From a virus (taxonomy: Duplodnaviria > Caudoviricetes), in the IMG/VR virus record IMGVR_UViG_3300005611_001698, positions 32,001 to 96,000 of that record: a stretch of DNA of 64,000 bases. One strand, 5' to 3'. The notes beneath the pieces were generated by a model. That model was not told the DNA's origin. It saw nothing but the letters and a program-made list of their open reading frames with translations, and did no database searches. Made by a program: the position numbers and the translations under genes. Below are positions 45,035 to 55,567 of this stretch, one piece after another (within the stretch, counting starts at the first letter, position 1; the number at the start of each line of letters is the position of its first letter).

Positions 45035-46629
45035 CAGTCAAATCTTGAAGACATACTATTTTGTGATCTTTTAGCAGCAGCACGTTTTGCAGCAAGTTTT
45101 TGAGCAGGAGATCTAGGTGCTCCAAACTCACCAGCAACTGGTGGTTTCTTACCTGGTTCCTTCTTTACTCCTCTTGGTTGAACGCCAAATCTAGATGATC
45201 CCATCATTTTAGATACTGCTTTAAATGCAGCACTTGGTTCGGCAGGTCTTGGTTTGCCCTTGTCCTCTCTTCTTCTCTCATCAATCTGCTCAACTTCTTC
45301 CTTTGCAACTTTCTTTTCAGGAAGACCTTTGTGCTTGGTTCCAGCAAAATCCTTTGCTTGTTTTTTAGTCATGCCGGCAGCAGCTTTGGCAATCTCAGGT
45401 GATGCTGGCGTTTCGCCTTTCTTCGCCGCATAAACTGCTCCCATAAATCTTTGCTGCGCCTTAGAAAGTGCCTTTTCATCAAGTTGCTCCGATTCTTCTC
45501 CAACCATTTTGTATCTCTTATCTCCTGCTTTATACTTTTGATAAGCAGGAGTGTTTGCTTTCTTATCAGCATTGGTGACAGTCATGCGCTTATCAGTAGC
45601 AGCACCAGATCTTTCTGCTTGTTTACGCTTAGCATATTGCATGTAGGACTCACCAGGTCTCAAAGAACCTTCATCAAGTTCAATGAATTCAACAATCTCA
45701 GCACCTAACTCATGAGCGATTGCTTCCAGTTTCAGTTCTGGATCAATGACAACTTTATTCTTGACTTTTTTTTCCTTGATCTGTTTATCTTGTTCTTCTG
45801 TATCAACGATTTCACGAAGATCATCTCTCCAATTAGAAAAAGATTCTTTCTTTACACCAGTATAAAGTCTTTTTTTACCATCAGGAGTAGGTACAAACTC
45901 TCCCATAGGACCAGCCTTAGGATCATTTTTATCTACATCCCCATCAACATCAGCATCAATTCTCTTGGTTGCTTTTGATGCCATGCCCTTCAAAGATTTG
46001 CCACCGATCTTTTCTTCTTGTTCAGACATTCCTTTCTTCTTGGCAATTGCTTTACCGATTGCCTTACGACGCTTGTGCAGATACTTATCAGACTTATCTA
46101 CATCACCATCGTTATCGATGTCCTTATCTTCCTTACCAACAGGATCCAGTGTTTCTTTTACATTCTCAACTTCTTCATTAGTTGGAGGGGGAGGAAGTTT
46201 CTTTCCCTTTAATTTTCCTTGTGCTTGAAGTTTTCTATCATAAGCAAAGACATCAACCTTGTTCTTTTTCTTCGCAGCATCTATACGAGCAGCACCCTTA
46301 GGGTCAATCATCTCATCAACGTTCTCAACTTCTTCTTTATAGTTATCACGTGCCTTGATATCTGCCATCTTGGAGAAACGCTCTTTTTCCTTTTGGCGAG
46401 TGATTGCAGAAACAATCTTACCAGACTTATTCATCGCATCTTCTTTCTTCTTACCCCTAGAAGAAAGTGCAGTACGTGCCAAGTTACCAGCACGGCGATA
46501 CATCTTATTCTCTTTCTCGCGGTCAATCTCCTTATAACCCTCTTCTACCTCATGAGACTGAGGATTATTCATTTCAGCATAAAGCGCGTTCAGTTCTTGA
46601 ACTGCCTTGCGACTTGCGTGGATATCCAT
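45034..46629 (-). CDS. Modular K/E-rich putative head-internal protein (DUF3008-like module, DxDxDG motifs)
   Basis: Basic modules separated by EEVExxxE linkers; SKAQQRFMG..FAGTKHKGLPEKK. Confidence 0.7.
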   Translation of the reverse strand: MDIHASRKAVQELNALYAEMNNPQSHEVEEGYKEIDREKENKMYRRAGNLARTALSSRGKKKEDAMNKSGKIVSAITRQKEKERFSKMADIKARDNYKEEVENVDEMIDPKGAARIDAAKKKNKVDVFAYDRKLQAQGKLKGKKLPPPPTNEEVENVKETLDPVGKEDKDIDNDGDVDKSDKYLHKRRKAIGKAIAKKKGMSEQEEKIGGKSLKGMASKATKRIDADVDGDVDKNDPKAGPMGEFVPTPDGKKRLYTGVKKESFSNWRDDLREIVDTEEQDKQIKEKKVKNKVVIDPELKLEAIAHELGAEIVEFIELDEGSLRPGESYMQYAKRKQAERSGAATDKRMTVTNADKKANTPAYQKYKAGDKRYKMVGEESEQLDEKALSKAQQRFMGAVYAAKKGETPASPEIAKAAAGMTKKQAKDFAGTKHKGLPEKKVAKEEVEQIDERRREDKGKPRPAEPSAAFKAVSKMMGSSRFGVQPRGVKKEPGKKPPVAGEFGAPRSPAQKLAAKRAAAKRSQNSMSSRFD

Positions 46630-46636
46630 GAATTGA

Positions 46637-47848
46637 TTAAGATTTCTTCTTATACTTATTTATGAAATTCTTGATTGCCTTAGTATCAGTCATTCTCATT
46701 GCATACTTTCTAAAAGCATCTGTTCCAACCAATCTCTGATCCGAAGGAACCCCAGATTGTTCTGTATATTCATTGAGATCACGAATCCAAGATTTAAACA
46801 TTAAGTTATCTTCGGTCACACAGATCAAATGATTTGTTCCTCTACGAATAATCTTACCAATCAATCCAGTATTAAGATTCTCTACAAAATCACCGACTTT
46901 GAAGATTAGTTCATTAACATAATTTTCTCTGAGACCTTTCCAATCAAGTTTAGGTGCAAACTGCCATGTTTCCATAGCAACCTTTGACTTGATTTCCATC
47001 TTCTTGCGGATGGTGTTAAAAAGTTTCATTGCATCTTCATCATCTAAGGCTTTGGGAACTCCCGTTTTGAACGCCTTGAAATCTCCATCAGCAGCTGCTT
47101 TTCTAAGTTTAGAGGCAGACATGCCTTCGACACCCTCAGCATCGGGATCGCGTTCCCCTGCTGACACAACGTTAATCTCATCAAAGTCGTAGAGTTCGCC
47201 GTTATACTTAGTTGCGAGTTTCTCAAACTCTGCCTGTCTATCAGCACCAACCATGATGTTGATGCTACCGTATCCGTCCTCATCTGCTTGCTTTAATACG
47301 TCGAATATGCTTTTCATATCCTCATCGTTAATGATCCTTTCACCATGATCTGGATACATTCTCCTCATGTAAGAAATCTTTTCATCAGGAGAAAGAGGAT
47401 TCTTTTTAGGATCTTCTGAACGTGATGGATATATCTTGTATGCCCCACCTGCTGCTTGTCTTTTTGCAGCATTTAACAGTTTTTCGTGACCGACCGTAGG
47501 AGGGTTGAACCTTCCAAATACAACAGTGAGAGTCTCTCCCTCTCTTTCTTCTGAACCCTCAGATTCTCCGTCACCAGAAGGACGACGTGGTTCAGGTCTT
47601 TCTTGTGCTGCTGGTTCTGCATCTTTTTGTGGAGCGGCAGCAGCACGTTGTTGTTGAGGTTGTGGTTCTTCTTCTTTCGGTCCTCTCTCTTTACTCAGAA
47701 GAAGATCACCTTTATAAGTTCTACCTCTGTATTTTCCTTGACGATCATACCAGTTTCCATGTCCATCCGAAACTAATCCCAGACGCTTTGCTTTTTCAAC
47801 AGCGCGTGAGATTACTGCTTCTTGAATGAATGCCGAAAACGTTTTCAT
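46637..47848 (-). CDS. Cytidylyltransferase-like (HIGH-superfamily) nucleotidyltransferase
   Basis: FGRFNPPTVGHEKL, VGADR, MSASKLR. Confidence 0.85.
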   Translation of the reverse strand: MKTFSAFIQEAVISRAVEKAKRLGLVSDGHGNWYDRQGKYRGRTYKGDLLLSKERGPKEEEPQPQQQRAAAAPQKDAEPAAQERPEPRRPSGDGESEGSEEREGETLTVVFGRFNPPTVGHEKLLNAAKRQAAGGAYKIYPSRSEDPKKNPLSPDEKISYMRRMYPDHGERIINDEDMKSIFDVLKQADEDGYGSINIMVGADRQAEFEKLATKYNGELYDFDEINVVSAGERDPDAEGVEGMSASKLRKAAADGDFKAFKTGVPKALDDEDAMKLFNTIRKKMEIKSKVAMETWQFAPKLDWKGLRENYVNELIFKVGDFVENLNTGLIGKIIRRGTNHLICVTEDNLMFKSWIRDLNEYTEQSGVPSDQRLVGTDAFRKYAMRMTDTKAIKNFINKYKKKS

Positions 47849-47877
47849 TTATTAGTATCCTTCTTAACTATTATTTA

Positions 47878-49053
47878 TCAATATATTTTTAGGAAAGGAC
47901 CATTTGATGATCCAAACTCTTTTTTTGCTCCGTAATAAAGAACACGGCACCAGTCTTTCATTTTTTTCTTTTTAGCAATCTGAACCCAACAGTTTGCCCA
48001 TTCCATAGCGATTAATTTTGAAGAGAATCTACCACCAGAACTTCTATCAGCTCCCGCAGTTTCATATATGATAGCACTCTCTAAAACATCAGAGAATTCA
48101 TCTCCCACTTTCTGTCCATTTTGGTAAACTGCAACTTCACCAAAGTCAATCATTCTGTTGTTCTTTAATTTATTATACAAATCAACCCAATATTTTTTGT
48201 CAACATCAGTCCATTTACCAACAGGAGGGATATGTGGATGTTTTGTGGCAGAAGATGGTCTTGTCATGTTCATGCCCTTAAAAAATTTATCCAGGGCAAC
48301 ACTTGACACCTTTCCAAGTTTAGCACCAGCATCCTTTCCCTTGGGAGTCAAGTCTGTTTGTACCAGATTTCTTGCTTTTGAATACTGAAAGTTTCTAGAC
48401 TGTCCATGAATCTTACCACCAGTTTCTGATTGAATGTCAAATCCAAGTTCACCAGTATCAAACAAATAATCTTTCTTTTTTCCAAGAGTAAGAGTACACT
48501 TTAAAGAACCAGGAACGAGATCAAGTCTAACTCTTGCACTTTTATCACCACCAAGATTAGCAAGTTCAACACTTGCTGTCTTTTTTGTTTTTGAAATAGC
48601 TTTGAGAGAAACCCCAATCAATACTTTTTCTTTCAGAGTTTCTTTCATATATGCATTTAAAAGAGACAGTTTTGCCTCTTTACTCATACCCTCAATATTA
48701 GTGAGTTCTTTTATTGTTCCTTCTACTGTCTTCTTCAAGGTCTTTTTGACCATCACGATATCCATTGGATTCCATCTATCTTTTACACTAACTCCACACT
48801 CAGATTTAGCGATATCTTCAATGTAAGGCATGATTCCATTGTCTCTGGAATACTCATAACCTTTTGATGATCCAAGAAACTTCTTTAATGCAGTTGCTTG
48901 CTTTTCATATGTTGATTTCCATTCTGCGTTATATCCATCATACACTCTTAACATCTCAGAGTCGGATGGAAGTTTTCCTCTCTCTATGTAAGATTCAAAG
49001 AAAACTCTGGATCCGTTCTCTTGCTTTGCAGTTTCTATCGCGTTGGTCGCCAT
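47878..49053 (-). CDS. Putative PD-(D/E)XK nuclease-like protein
   Basis: TAKQE..WNPMDIVMV..IGVSLK. Confidence 0.6.
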   Translation of the reverse strand: MATNAIETAKQENGSRVFFESYIERGKLPSDSEMLRVYDGYNAEWKSTYEKQATALKKFLGSSKGYEYSRDNGIMPYIEDIAKSECGVSVKDRWNPMDIVMVKKTLKKTVEGTIKELTNIEGMSKEAKLSLLNAYMKETLKEKVLIGVSLKAISKTKKTASVELANLGGDKSARVRLDLVPGSLKCTLTLGKKKDYLFDTGELGFDIQSETGGKIHGQSRNFQYSKARNLVQTDLTPKGKDAGAKLGKVSSVALDKFFKGMNMTRPSSATKHPHIPPVGKWTDVDKKYWVDLYNKLKNNRMIDFGEVAVYQNGQKVGDEFSDVLESAIIYETAGADRSSGGRFSSKLIAMEWANCWVQIAKKKKMKDWCRVLYYGAKKEFGSSNGPFLKIY

Positions 49054-49080
49054 AGTTCTTTTTAGAACTATTTAGAATCA

Positions 49081-49647
49081 TCAACGACCCATTTGCTTGG
49101 CATACCACTTCTCAAAGTCCTCTCTACGCTTATCACCTCTTGGTGGCATAGGAGTTTTTTCTCCACGAACAGGAGCATACTTTTTATCTTCCTTCTCACC
49201 TTTCTCAGGATTGCGTTGATAACCTTCGGAGAAAGTGAATTGAGCAACAAGAGCATATGCTTCTTGCTCTGTGTGTCCTCTCTCAACCAATGACTCAATA
49301 ATTTGATCGAGTTCAAACTCCTCTTTCTTTAAGTTTGCTTTACGATATTGAAGATCAGCACGGGTGCCACGGTCCATCCTACCCTGAGACTTGGGTTTGG
49401 TCTTGCCACCTACATCAGGTTGCATACCTGGGTTTGCTGCCTTGACTCTGCGACCATGAGTATATTCGGCACCACTCATCTTGGAGTCACCAGAGACCAT
49501 CTTACCACCTTGGGAGCGAGAGTCAGCATACTCTTTATCAGATTGGCCATGCTTACCCTTATAAACTTCCTCTACTTCTTGGGGAGCATAAACATCACCA
49601 TATGCTTCCATCAATGCCTTTACTTCTTTAAGATTCATTGTTAGCAA
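49081..49647 (-). CDS. Hypothetical (putative head-internal) protein
   Basis: LMEAYGDVY, EEVYKGKHGQS, basic modules. Confidence 0.65.
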   Translation of the reverse strand: MLTMNLKEVKALMEAYGDVYAPQEVEEVYKGKHGQSDKEYADSRSQGGKMVSGDSKMSGAEYTHGRRVKAANPGMQPDVGGKTKPKSQGRMDRGTRADLQYRKANLKKEEFELDQIIESLVERGHTEQEAYALVAQFTFSEGYQRNPEKGEKEDKKYAPVRGEKTPMPPRGDKRREDFEKWYAKQMGR

Positions 49648-49658
49648 AAGTATTCTTC

Positions 49659-49853
49659 CTATTCTTTATTTAGTAAATACTCTTTTTCTTTTTGATAAAT
49701 CGAAGAGGGGTTAAAATAAATCTCAACTCCCTCTTGGATTCCAGGAACTAACCATTGATCAACACGATAACAATACTTCCAGTTTACTGGTTGGGCACAG
49801 TTCAAAACAACCACAGACCAGAAAGCAGTAACATAGTTGATCAGAGTTTGCAT
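49659..49853 (-). CDS. Hypothetical protein
   Basis: NCAQPVNWKYC..QWL. Confidence 0.7.
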   Translation of the reverse strand: MQTLINYVTAFWSVVVLNCAQPVNWKYCYRVDQWLVPGIQEGVEIYFNPSSIYQKEKEYLLNKE

Positions 49854-50257
49854 TAGAGATCGCCTTCCACACGATTTTCAGAACGCTCAATACTAAATGC
49901 ACCCTCAGGATAACGAGCACTCAGTTTGTCGAAGTTCATCTGAATTACCTCTTCGATACTAATATCAAGTGCCATACATGCTTGGGCAATATACCACATG
50001 ATGTCTCCAAGTTCGCGCTTCATATGAAAGATATTATCTTCATTATATGGTTTACCTTGGAAGATAATCTTCTTTACAACCTCAGTAAACTCACCAGCTT
50101 CGGCAGTCATTCCAAGAGCAGCAGTCAGAAGTTGAGTGACATTACAATCATTTTCAAGTTCCAGAGTATTCAGACGAGTTAGAAATGCAGCATAATCCAG
50201 AGACGGATCGCTAGTGGTTTCACGAACAAATTCAACGTATTTTTGAGTGTCAATCAT
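49853..50257 (-). CDS. mazG: MazG nucleotide pyrophosphohydrolase
   Basis: AEAGEFTEVVKK..RELGDIMWY..KL.ARYP. Confidence 0.94.
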   Translation of the reverse strand: MIDTQKYVEFVRETTSDPSLDYAAFLTRLNTLELENDCNVTQLLTAALGMTAEAGEFTEVVKKIIFQGKPYNEDNIFHMKRELGDIMWYIAQACMALDISIEEVIQMNFDKLSARYPEGAFSIERSENRVEGDL

Positions 50258-51636
50258 TAGAATTTCAGTGTAGAGAACTTTTTCTTTAAATCAGTGGTTT
50301 CTTTGTAATCATACTCCTCTTCCTTGCCGTTGTCAAGGATATCATTCTGTGCCGACTGCTCACAATCGTAGAGTCGCATCTTGGCACGATCAATACCAAC
50401 TACAAATCGTTTGTTGATGGTGGGATCATTATATCGGTTCTTCAACTGCTTCACCATAATCTGTCCCAGTTCTTCCAGTTCCTCAGTTGAAATAAGGGCA
50501 AGCATAAGATCAGCAGTAGCAGGGAGACCAAAGGATTCACTAGTGTCAGTAATGTCAACGTCAGAGCTACCATAACCAGAACGAGTGGTCTGGGTGGCAG
50601 ATACGATAGGGACGTTTGCTTCGACAGCGAGCCCTCTAAGTTCCTCAGCAATCGACTTAACAAGTGTATAGGAATTGATATTGGCAGACCCTTTGTAACG
50701 CGAAGAGGCACAAATATTGAGATAGTCCACAAAAATAATATCAGGTCTAAAAGACTTTTTAAGTGCAAGTTCGTTAAGGAGTGACCTAAAATGTCCAGCA
50801 TGTGCAGATGCCGTAGGGTACTCTTTAATAATTAGGTTGCCTTGTGTCTTTTTAGAAAGATTATTAACCTTCGAATCAAATATTTGTTTTGGTAAGTCAA
50901 CAATATCTTGTATATTTACATTCAGGAGGTTTGCATCAATTCGCTCAGCAATTTTTTCCTCTGCCATTTCACATGTAATGTAGAGTACGTTCCTACCCTG
51001 CATGAGCGCGGCACTAGCAACATGGCACATGAATAGACTTTTGCCGACACCTGTACCAGCAAGAGCGATATTGAGAGTTTTATTAGGGAGACCACCTTTG
51101 GTGATTTTGTTAAGATATTCCAGATCAAAGGGGATTTTGTCTTCCTTACGGTGGTAGATAGCATAGCGTTCTTCGTAGTCTTCTAGGTAGTTGTGTCCAA
51201 CATGATTATCAAATGATACTGCCAAAGCATCAGAAAGAATAGATGGAATGGCATCTCGTCCCTTCTTCTCGTCCTTGCCGTCTGCCAGGGCAATAGACTC
51301 CATCAGTGCCAGATAAATGGCACGATCACGACACCACTTTTCTGTGGTGTCACATAACCAATCAAAATCAGCAGGTTCTTTATCAAGATAAGAAATAATC
51401 TTGCTAAGTTCTTTAAAGAGTGATTCGTTTAGATCCTCTCTGTTTTCAACCTCAATCGATACTGCTTCTTTCGTAGGAAGCTCATCATACTTAATAATAA
51501 ACGAAGAAATCTCCTCATAAAGAATTTTATGACTAGGATCCTCAAAGTATTCTTTCTTGATAAAAGGAATAACTTTTCTAGAATACTTTTCATCATAGAG
51601 GAGATTTTTGAGAACAAGATTCTCAACTTTCTCCAT
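50257..51636 (-). CDS. g41: Replicative helicase gp41
   Basis: AGTGVGKS, DYLNIC, SATQTTR, SESFGLPATAD. Confidence 0.96.
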   Translation of the reverse strand: MEKVENLVLKNLLYDEKYSRKVIPFIKKEYFEDPSHKILYEEISSFIIKYDELPTKEAVSIEVENREDLNESLFKELSKIISYLDKEPADFDWLCDTTEKWCRDRAIYLALMESIALADGKDEKKGRDAIPSILSDALAVSFDNHVGHNYLEDYEERYAIYHRKEDKIPFDLEYLNKITKGGLPNKTLNIALAGTGVGKSLFMCHVASAALMQGRNVLYITCEMAEEKIAERIDANLLNVNIQDIVDLPKQIFDSKVNNLSKKTQGNLIIKEYPTASAHAGHFRSLLNELALKKSFRPDIIFVDYLNICASSRYKGSANINSYTLVKSIAEELRGLAVEANVPIVSATQTTRSGYGSSDVDITDTSESFGLPATADLMLALISTEELEELGQIMVKQLKNRYNDPTINKRFVVGIDRAKMRLYDCEQSAQNDILDNGKEEEYDYKETTDLKKKFSTLKF

Positions 51637-52639
51637 AACTAAACTCCTTCTTTGCGATTTCGTCCAACTGTTCCATCACCTCTGGCGTGAAATATTTTTC
51701 AGGTTCTTTGTAGATTGCCTTGGCATATACTTTCTTTCCGTCAATTTCATATCTACCTGCGACATTCTTCCAAAGTCCACCGAGTTCACCGAGTTCAAGA
51801 AGACCATAATATCGATCAAGACCACGCTCATCATAATACAAACGTATTTCCACATCTTTATTCTCTTTACTTAGACGCGACTTAGCAGTCTTTGCCTTGA
51901 TAATGTTTCCAACAACTTCCGTTCCATCCTTTTCCTTCTTCTTGCTAAGATAAATGATACTAGAAGCGGCATATTTAAGGCCACTACCACCACCCATCTC
52001 CTTAGTAGGAACGTAAGCACCGATGACATCGTAGGTATGATTAGTAACAATCATTGGTATGTTAGCTTGACCAAGTTTCAATGTCAACATTCTGAATGCA
52101 CCTTTAACAAGTTGTGATTTTGTCATGTCACGAACTTGTTTATCATTTAAAGCATCAGTTATTTCTTTTTCAGTTGAGAGCATACCCAAAGAATCAAGCA
52201 CAAACATGCAAGGTTTGCGTTCTTCTACGGGTGCTTTTAAGTATATATCAACTGCACGAAGTGCTTTACTGCGAAACTCTTCGATTGTTACGACATTCAC
52301 AACAACTGTTCGATCAAGATCAACACCACGACTTGCTAAAAGAGACTTGTTAACTGCTGCTTCTGTATCAAAATAAAGACAGTACCCATCGGGATTGCTA
52401 TCAAGAAAATTTTTAACAACAGCCAACGAGAAGAATGTTTTTCCAGTGCTAGACTCCCCAGCAATAGCAGTAATCTTATTCCCAGATACACCGCCAAATA
52501 TGCTACCTGAAACCAGTGCATTAAAAATGTACGAACCCGTATCAACATATGTCTCAGTTTCATCAATGTCTGATGCAAGTTTGGTGTAATCATCACCAAT
52601 CTCTTTTACGATGTCTTTCAAAAAATCCATCAATGCCAC
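51623..52639 (-). CDS. uvsX: RecA-like recombinase UvsX
   Basis: GESSTGKT, DSLG, MGGGSGLKY. Confidence 0.95.
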   Translation of the reverse strand: MALMDFLKDIVKEIGDDYTKLASDIDETETYVDTGSYIFNALVSGSIFGGVSGNKITAIAGESSTGKTFFSLAVVKNFLDSNPDGYCLYFDTEAAVNKSLLASRGVDLDRTVVVNVVTIEEFRSKALRAVDIYLKAPVEERKPCMFVLDSLGMLSTEKEITDALNDKQVRDMTKSQLVKGAFRMLTLKLGQANIPMIVTNHTYDVIGAYVPTKEMGGGSGLKYAASSIIYLSKKKEKDGTEVVGNIIKAKTAKSRLSKENKDVEIRLYYDERGLDRYYGLLELGELGGLWKNVAGRYEIDGKKVYAKAIYKEPEKYFTPEVMEQLDEIAKKEFSYGES

Positions 52640-52827
52640 CTAAGAGTGTGCAGATATTCTAGCACATTTTTACGCACATCCATCAGTTCATGATAACACT
52701 TTTGGTTGTGAGCACACTGTCTTAATGCACTGTCTGGTTTGTGAACTGATTCGATAAAGATGTCAAGTCCACGATTCCATTTCTCCTTTTTCGATTCGCC
52801 GTCATCGATTACGTATTGATCTTTCAT
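52630..52827 (-). CDS. Conserved cyanophage hypothetical protein
   Basis: KWNRGLDIFIESV..LRQCAHNQKCYHELM. Confidence 0.8.
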   Translation of the reverse strand: MKDQYVIDDGESKKEKWNRGLDIFIESVHKPDSALRQCAHNQKCYHELMDVRKNVLEYLHTLRWH

Positions 52828-55319
52828 GAGAAGAATGCCTCCAAGTTTGTAGTTTTTTCAACAGACCAACCAATGGAATCAAGAATGATCTTCAATGGTT
52901 CCAAGAATGCCTTATCAAATTGAAGATCGTAGTCAATATATTTGTTGAGATCCAGTTCTTTTGGCCATTCTTGAATGAATGATAACACATTTTCATGAAT
53001 TGGATTTGGTTTTTTCAAATACAGAAACCTAATCTTTTCCCCGTTCTGAATAAGAGAATACTTGTTGGTGAGTTTTTTCTGTTTTATGTAGTGGTTGAAC
53101 AAAAGTGCTCCGCGACAATGAATCGGAGTTCCCTTATCATAAATTGAGTTGACTGACTTATACTTTTCGACATCAGATACCGAACGAGGAAAAGAAATCT
53201 GCTCTGGATCCATCTTCTTGAAGTCTGATCGGCACCTTTCAATGTATTCAATCACATCATTTTCAGTGCCAGTCATCATGAGTTTGAAGGAATCCTTCAA
53301 CATCTTGCGACAAGGTGCAGGTGTAGAGGACTTAACTGCCTCAATACCCATGACTTTCAGTTTAGGTTCTGCATACTGAACACCCTCACTGTTCCATACG
53401 TTGAGAATGTATCGCTTCTTCGCAGTCCAAATACCACGATCAGCAATGTTCTCACGCTTCATGAACATCTTCTGCTCATATGCCGACATGTAGTCCGCAA
53501 GTTCCTGATAAGACTGTTCGATGAATGGTTCCAACTTGTCTTGACAGATCTGATCAAGTATGGAAACAATCGCTGCTTTGTCGCTAGACTTATTAGCAAA
53601 AAATTTACTAACAAGAGGTCCAAGATTAAGATAGATTGAGTCAGTGTCGGATGCAATGACGTAATCCTCTCCTTCTGTTTTAAGAAGATTATTTAGATAG
53701 TCATTCATCTTGTTCTCAATCCATCGAATTGATGCCTGACCAGAAAGAGTAATAGCTTCTGCATTCTCCAACTTATAATATCGGAAATACTGATTACCAA
53801 TAGCACCATAAGCAGAGTTCAGTTGGATCTTACGTGCCATTTGGATGTTATTACACCGCGCAATCTCCTTTTCAAGTGTCTTGGAGGGTGACTTTTCGTT
53901 CTCTTGCTTAGCAGCAAGCATCTTTTTCTTGTAAATGGTGCGTTCTTTGTAGATTTTATCCATCAGTTCTGGCAAAAATCCACGCACATCTTTGCGATAC
54001 ATTGCACCATTTGCTGCTGTTGCATAACGACCATCTGCCATAAATGTTCCAGACAAGATTTTATCCACAGAACATCTTGGATGAGGTTCATCCACCAGAG
54101 TTTCTGGTGAAATGTTATATTGCATAATTAAATGTGGATATAGACTGTTCAAGTCAAAGGAAACAACCCAATCATAACTACCAGGAATCGGTTCTTTAAC
54201 ATATGCACCAGCATATTTGTCATCCTTTTTGGCACCAACCTTTGGCGGAATAACAATATTTCTCTTTTTAAGATAGTTGTAGATGATTGCATCCCACATT
54301 CTGACCTGATAAAACACGTCGGTGAAGTTTACTTTGGCATCATATGCCATTGTCAGTGCCAACTCAATCAATTTCATCTTGTCTTCCAAACGGTCAACAA
54401 GTTCCACGTCTTTGATGTTGTATTCAACGAACTTTTGCCAGTTACCAGTATAGAAATCTTTGAAAGTGTCAAACTCAGAGTGATCTAGTTTTTGTTGACC
54501 GAGTTCAACCAGTGCAATATGATCCAGACGATAAGATTCTTGGTTGGTATAAGTAAATTTCTTATACAAATCAAGGTAATCTAGCTGGGTAACACCACCA
54601 ATATCCATTGATTTGTTCTTTCTGCCTTGAATAAAGACCTCATGTTCACTTACAAGACCCCATGGCGAAAGACGCTTCATACGTTTTTCGCCAAGAACTT
54701 TTTTAAGGCGTCCAGCAATATATGGGATATCGAATAGTTGGATATTCCAACCAGTGATAACCTCAGGCGGTTCATTTTCCCAATAAGTTATGAACTTATT
54801 AAGAAGATCTACTTCATCCAAGCAACGAATATACTCAACATTCTTTTGTTTAACCACAAAAGGTTTGACACCCCACGTGATAATCTGTTTAGTTGCATAA
54901 TCTTGTATCGTGATTGTGAGCAATTCTTCCTCACAAGTTTGCACATCGGGGAATCCTTGCTCAGCAGTTGTCTCAATATCCAGAGTAATCAACTTGATCT
55001 TTAAAATATCAAAGTCGATGTGCTCATCAGGATAGTTATCCGAAATGTACTGATAAATGTACCTTTCATTACCGTAGATATTGAATCCTTCAACTCCATC
55101 ATACTTTGAAAAAAACTCACGACAGTCTTTTACATAACCAGGGTGAATGGGTTCAACAAGTTTACCATTCAAAGTTTTATATTTCGAATCTTTTTTCTTG
55201 CTGTCAACAAAAAGAGTTGGTTTGTACTCTTCACGGAGAGCAAAATGTTCTCCATTATCATAACCACGGACCAGGAATTGGTTACCGACAAGTTGTACGT
55301 TGGTGTAAAATCTCATCAA
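52824..55319 (-). CDS. g43: Family B DNA polymerase gp43
   Basis: DIET exonuclease motif, SFDLNSLYP, KIQLNSAYG, DTDS. Confidence 0.98.
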   Translation of the reverse strand: MMRFYTNVQLVGNQFLVRGYDNGEHFALREEYKPTLFVDSKKKDSKYKTLNGKLVEPIHPGYVKDCREFFSKYDGVEGFNIYGNERYIYQYISDNYPDEHIDFDILKIKLITLDIETTAEQGFPDVQTCEEELLTITIQDYATKQIITWGVKPFVVKQKNVEYIRCLDEVDLLNKFITYWENEPPEVITGWNIQLFDIPYIAGRLKKVLGEKRMKRLSPWGLVSEHEVFIQGRKNKSMDIGGVTQLDYLDLYKKFTYTNQESYRLDHIALVELGQQKLDHSEFDTFKDFYTGNWQKFVEYNIKDVELVDRLEDKMKLIELALTMAYDAKVNFTDVFYQVRMWDAIIYNYLKKRNIVIPPKVGAKKDDKYAGAYVKEPIPGSYDWVVSFDLNSLYPHLIMQYNISPETLVDEPHPRCSVDKILSGTFMADGRYATAANGAMYRKDVRGFLPELMDKIYKERTIYKKKMLAAKQENEKSPSKTLEKEIARCNNIQMARKIQLNSAYGAIGNQYFRYYKLENAEAITLSGQASIRWIENKMNDYLNNLLKTEGEDYVIASDTDSIYLNLGPLVSKFFANKSSDKAAIVSILDQICQDKLEPFIEQSYQELADYMSAYEQKMFMKRENIADRGIWTAKKRYILNVWNSEGVQYAEPKLKVMGIEAVKSSTPAPCRKMLKDSFKLMMTGTENDVIEYIERCRSDFKKMDPEQISFPRSVSDVEKYKSVNSIYDKGTPIHCRGALLFNHYIKQKKLTNKYSLIQNGEKIRFLYLKKPNPIHENVLSFIQEWPKELDLNKYIDYDLQFDKAFLEPLKIILDSIGWSVEKTTNLEAFFS

Positions 55320-55567
55320 GAAATCAAGGATTTGTATTTTTCAAGTAGTTTATTGTTTGGTTCAACAATGGTTAAGATTTTATCTGAACTGATCATAAAC
55401 TCATTTTGTGATGTAAAATCAATACACCATGGCATCAATTCTCCTGTTGTTTGAACAACAATAAATGGTTCGATCAGTTTACAATCGGGTTCTCCGAGTT
55501 CAGATCCAACCTCTTCAATCTGCGAAACCAAGATCGAGTTGTTCATTAGAACTAGAACTTTGACCAT
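55316..55567 (-). CDS. Hypothetical protein (Sm-like fold possible)
   Basis: ELGEPDCKLIEP..PW..SDKILTIVEP. Confidence 0.75.
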   Translation of the reverse strand: MVKVLVLMNNSILVSQIEEVGSELGEPDCKLIEPFIVVQTTGELMPWCIDFTSQNEFMISSDKILTIVEPNNKLLEKYKSLIS

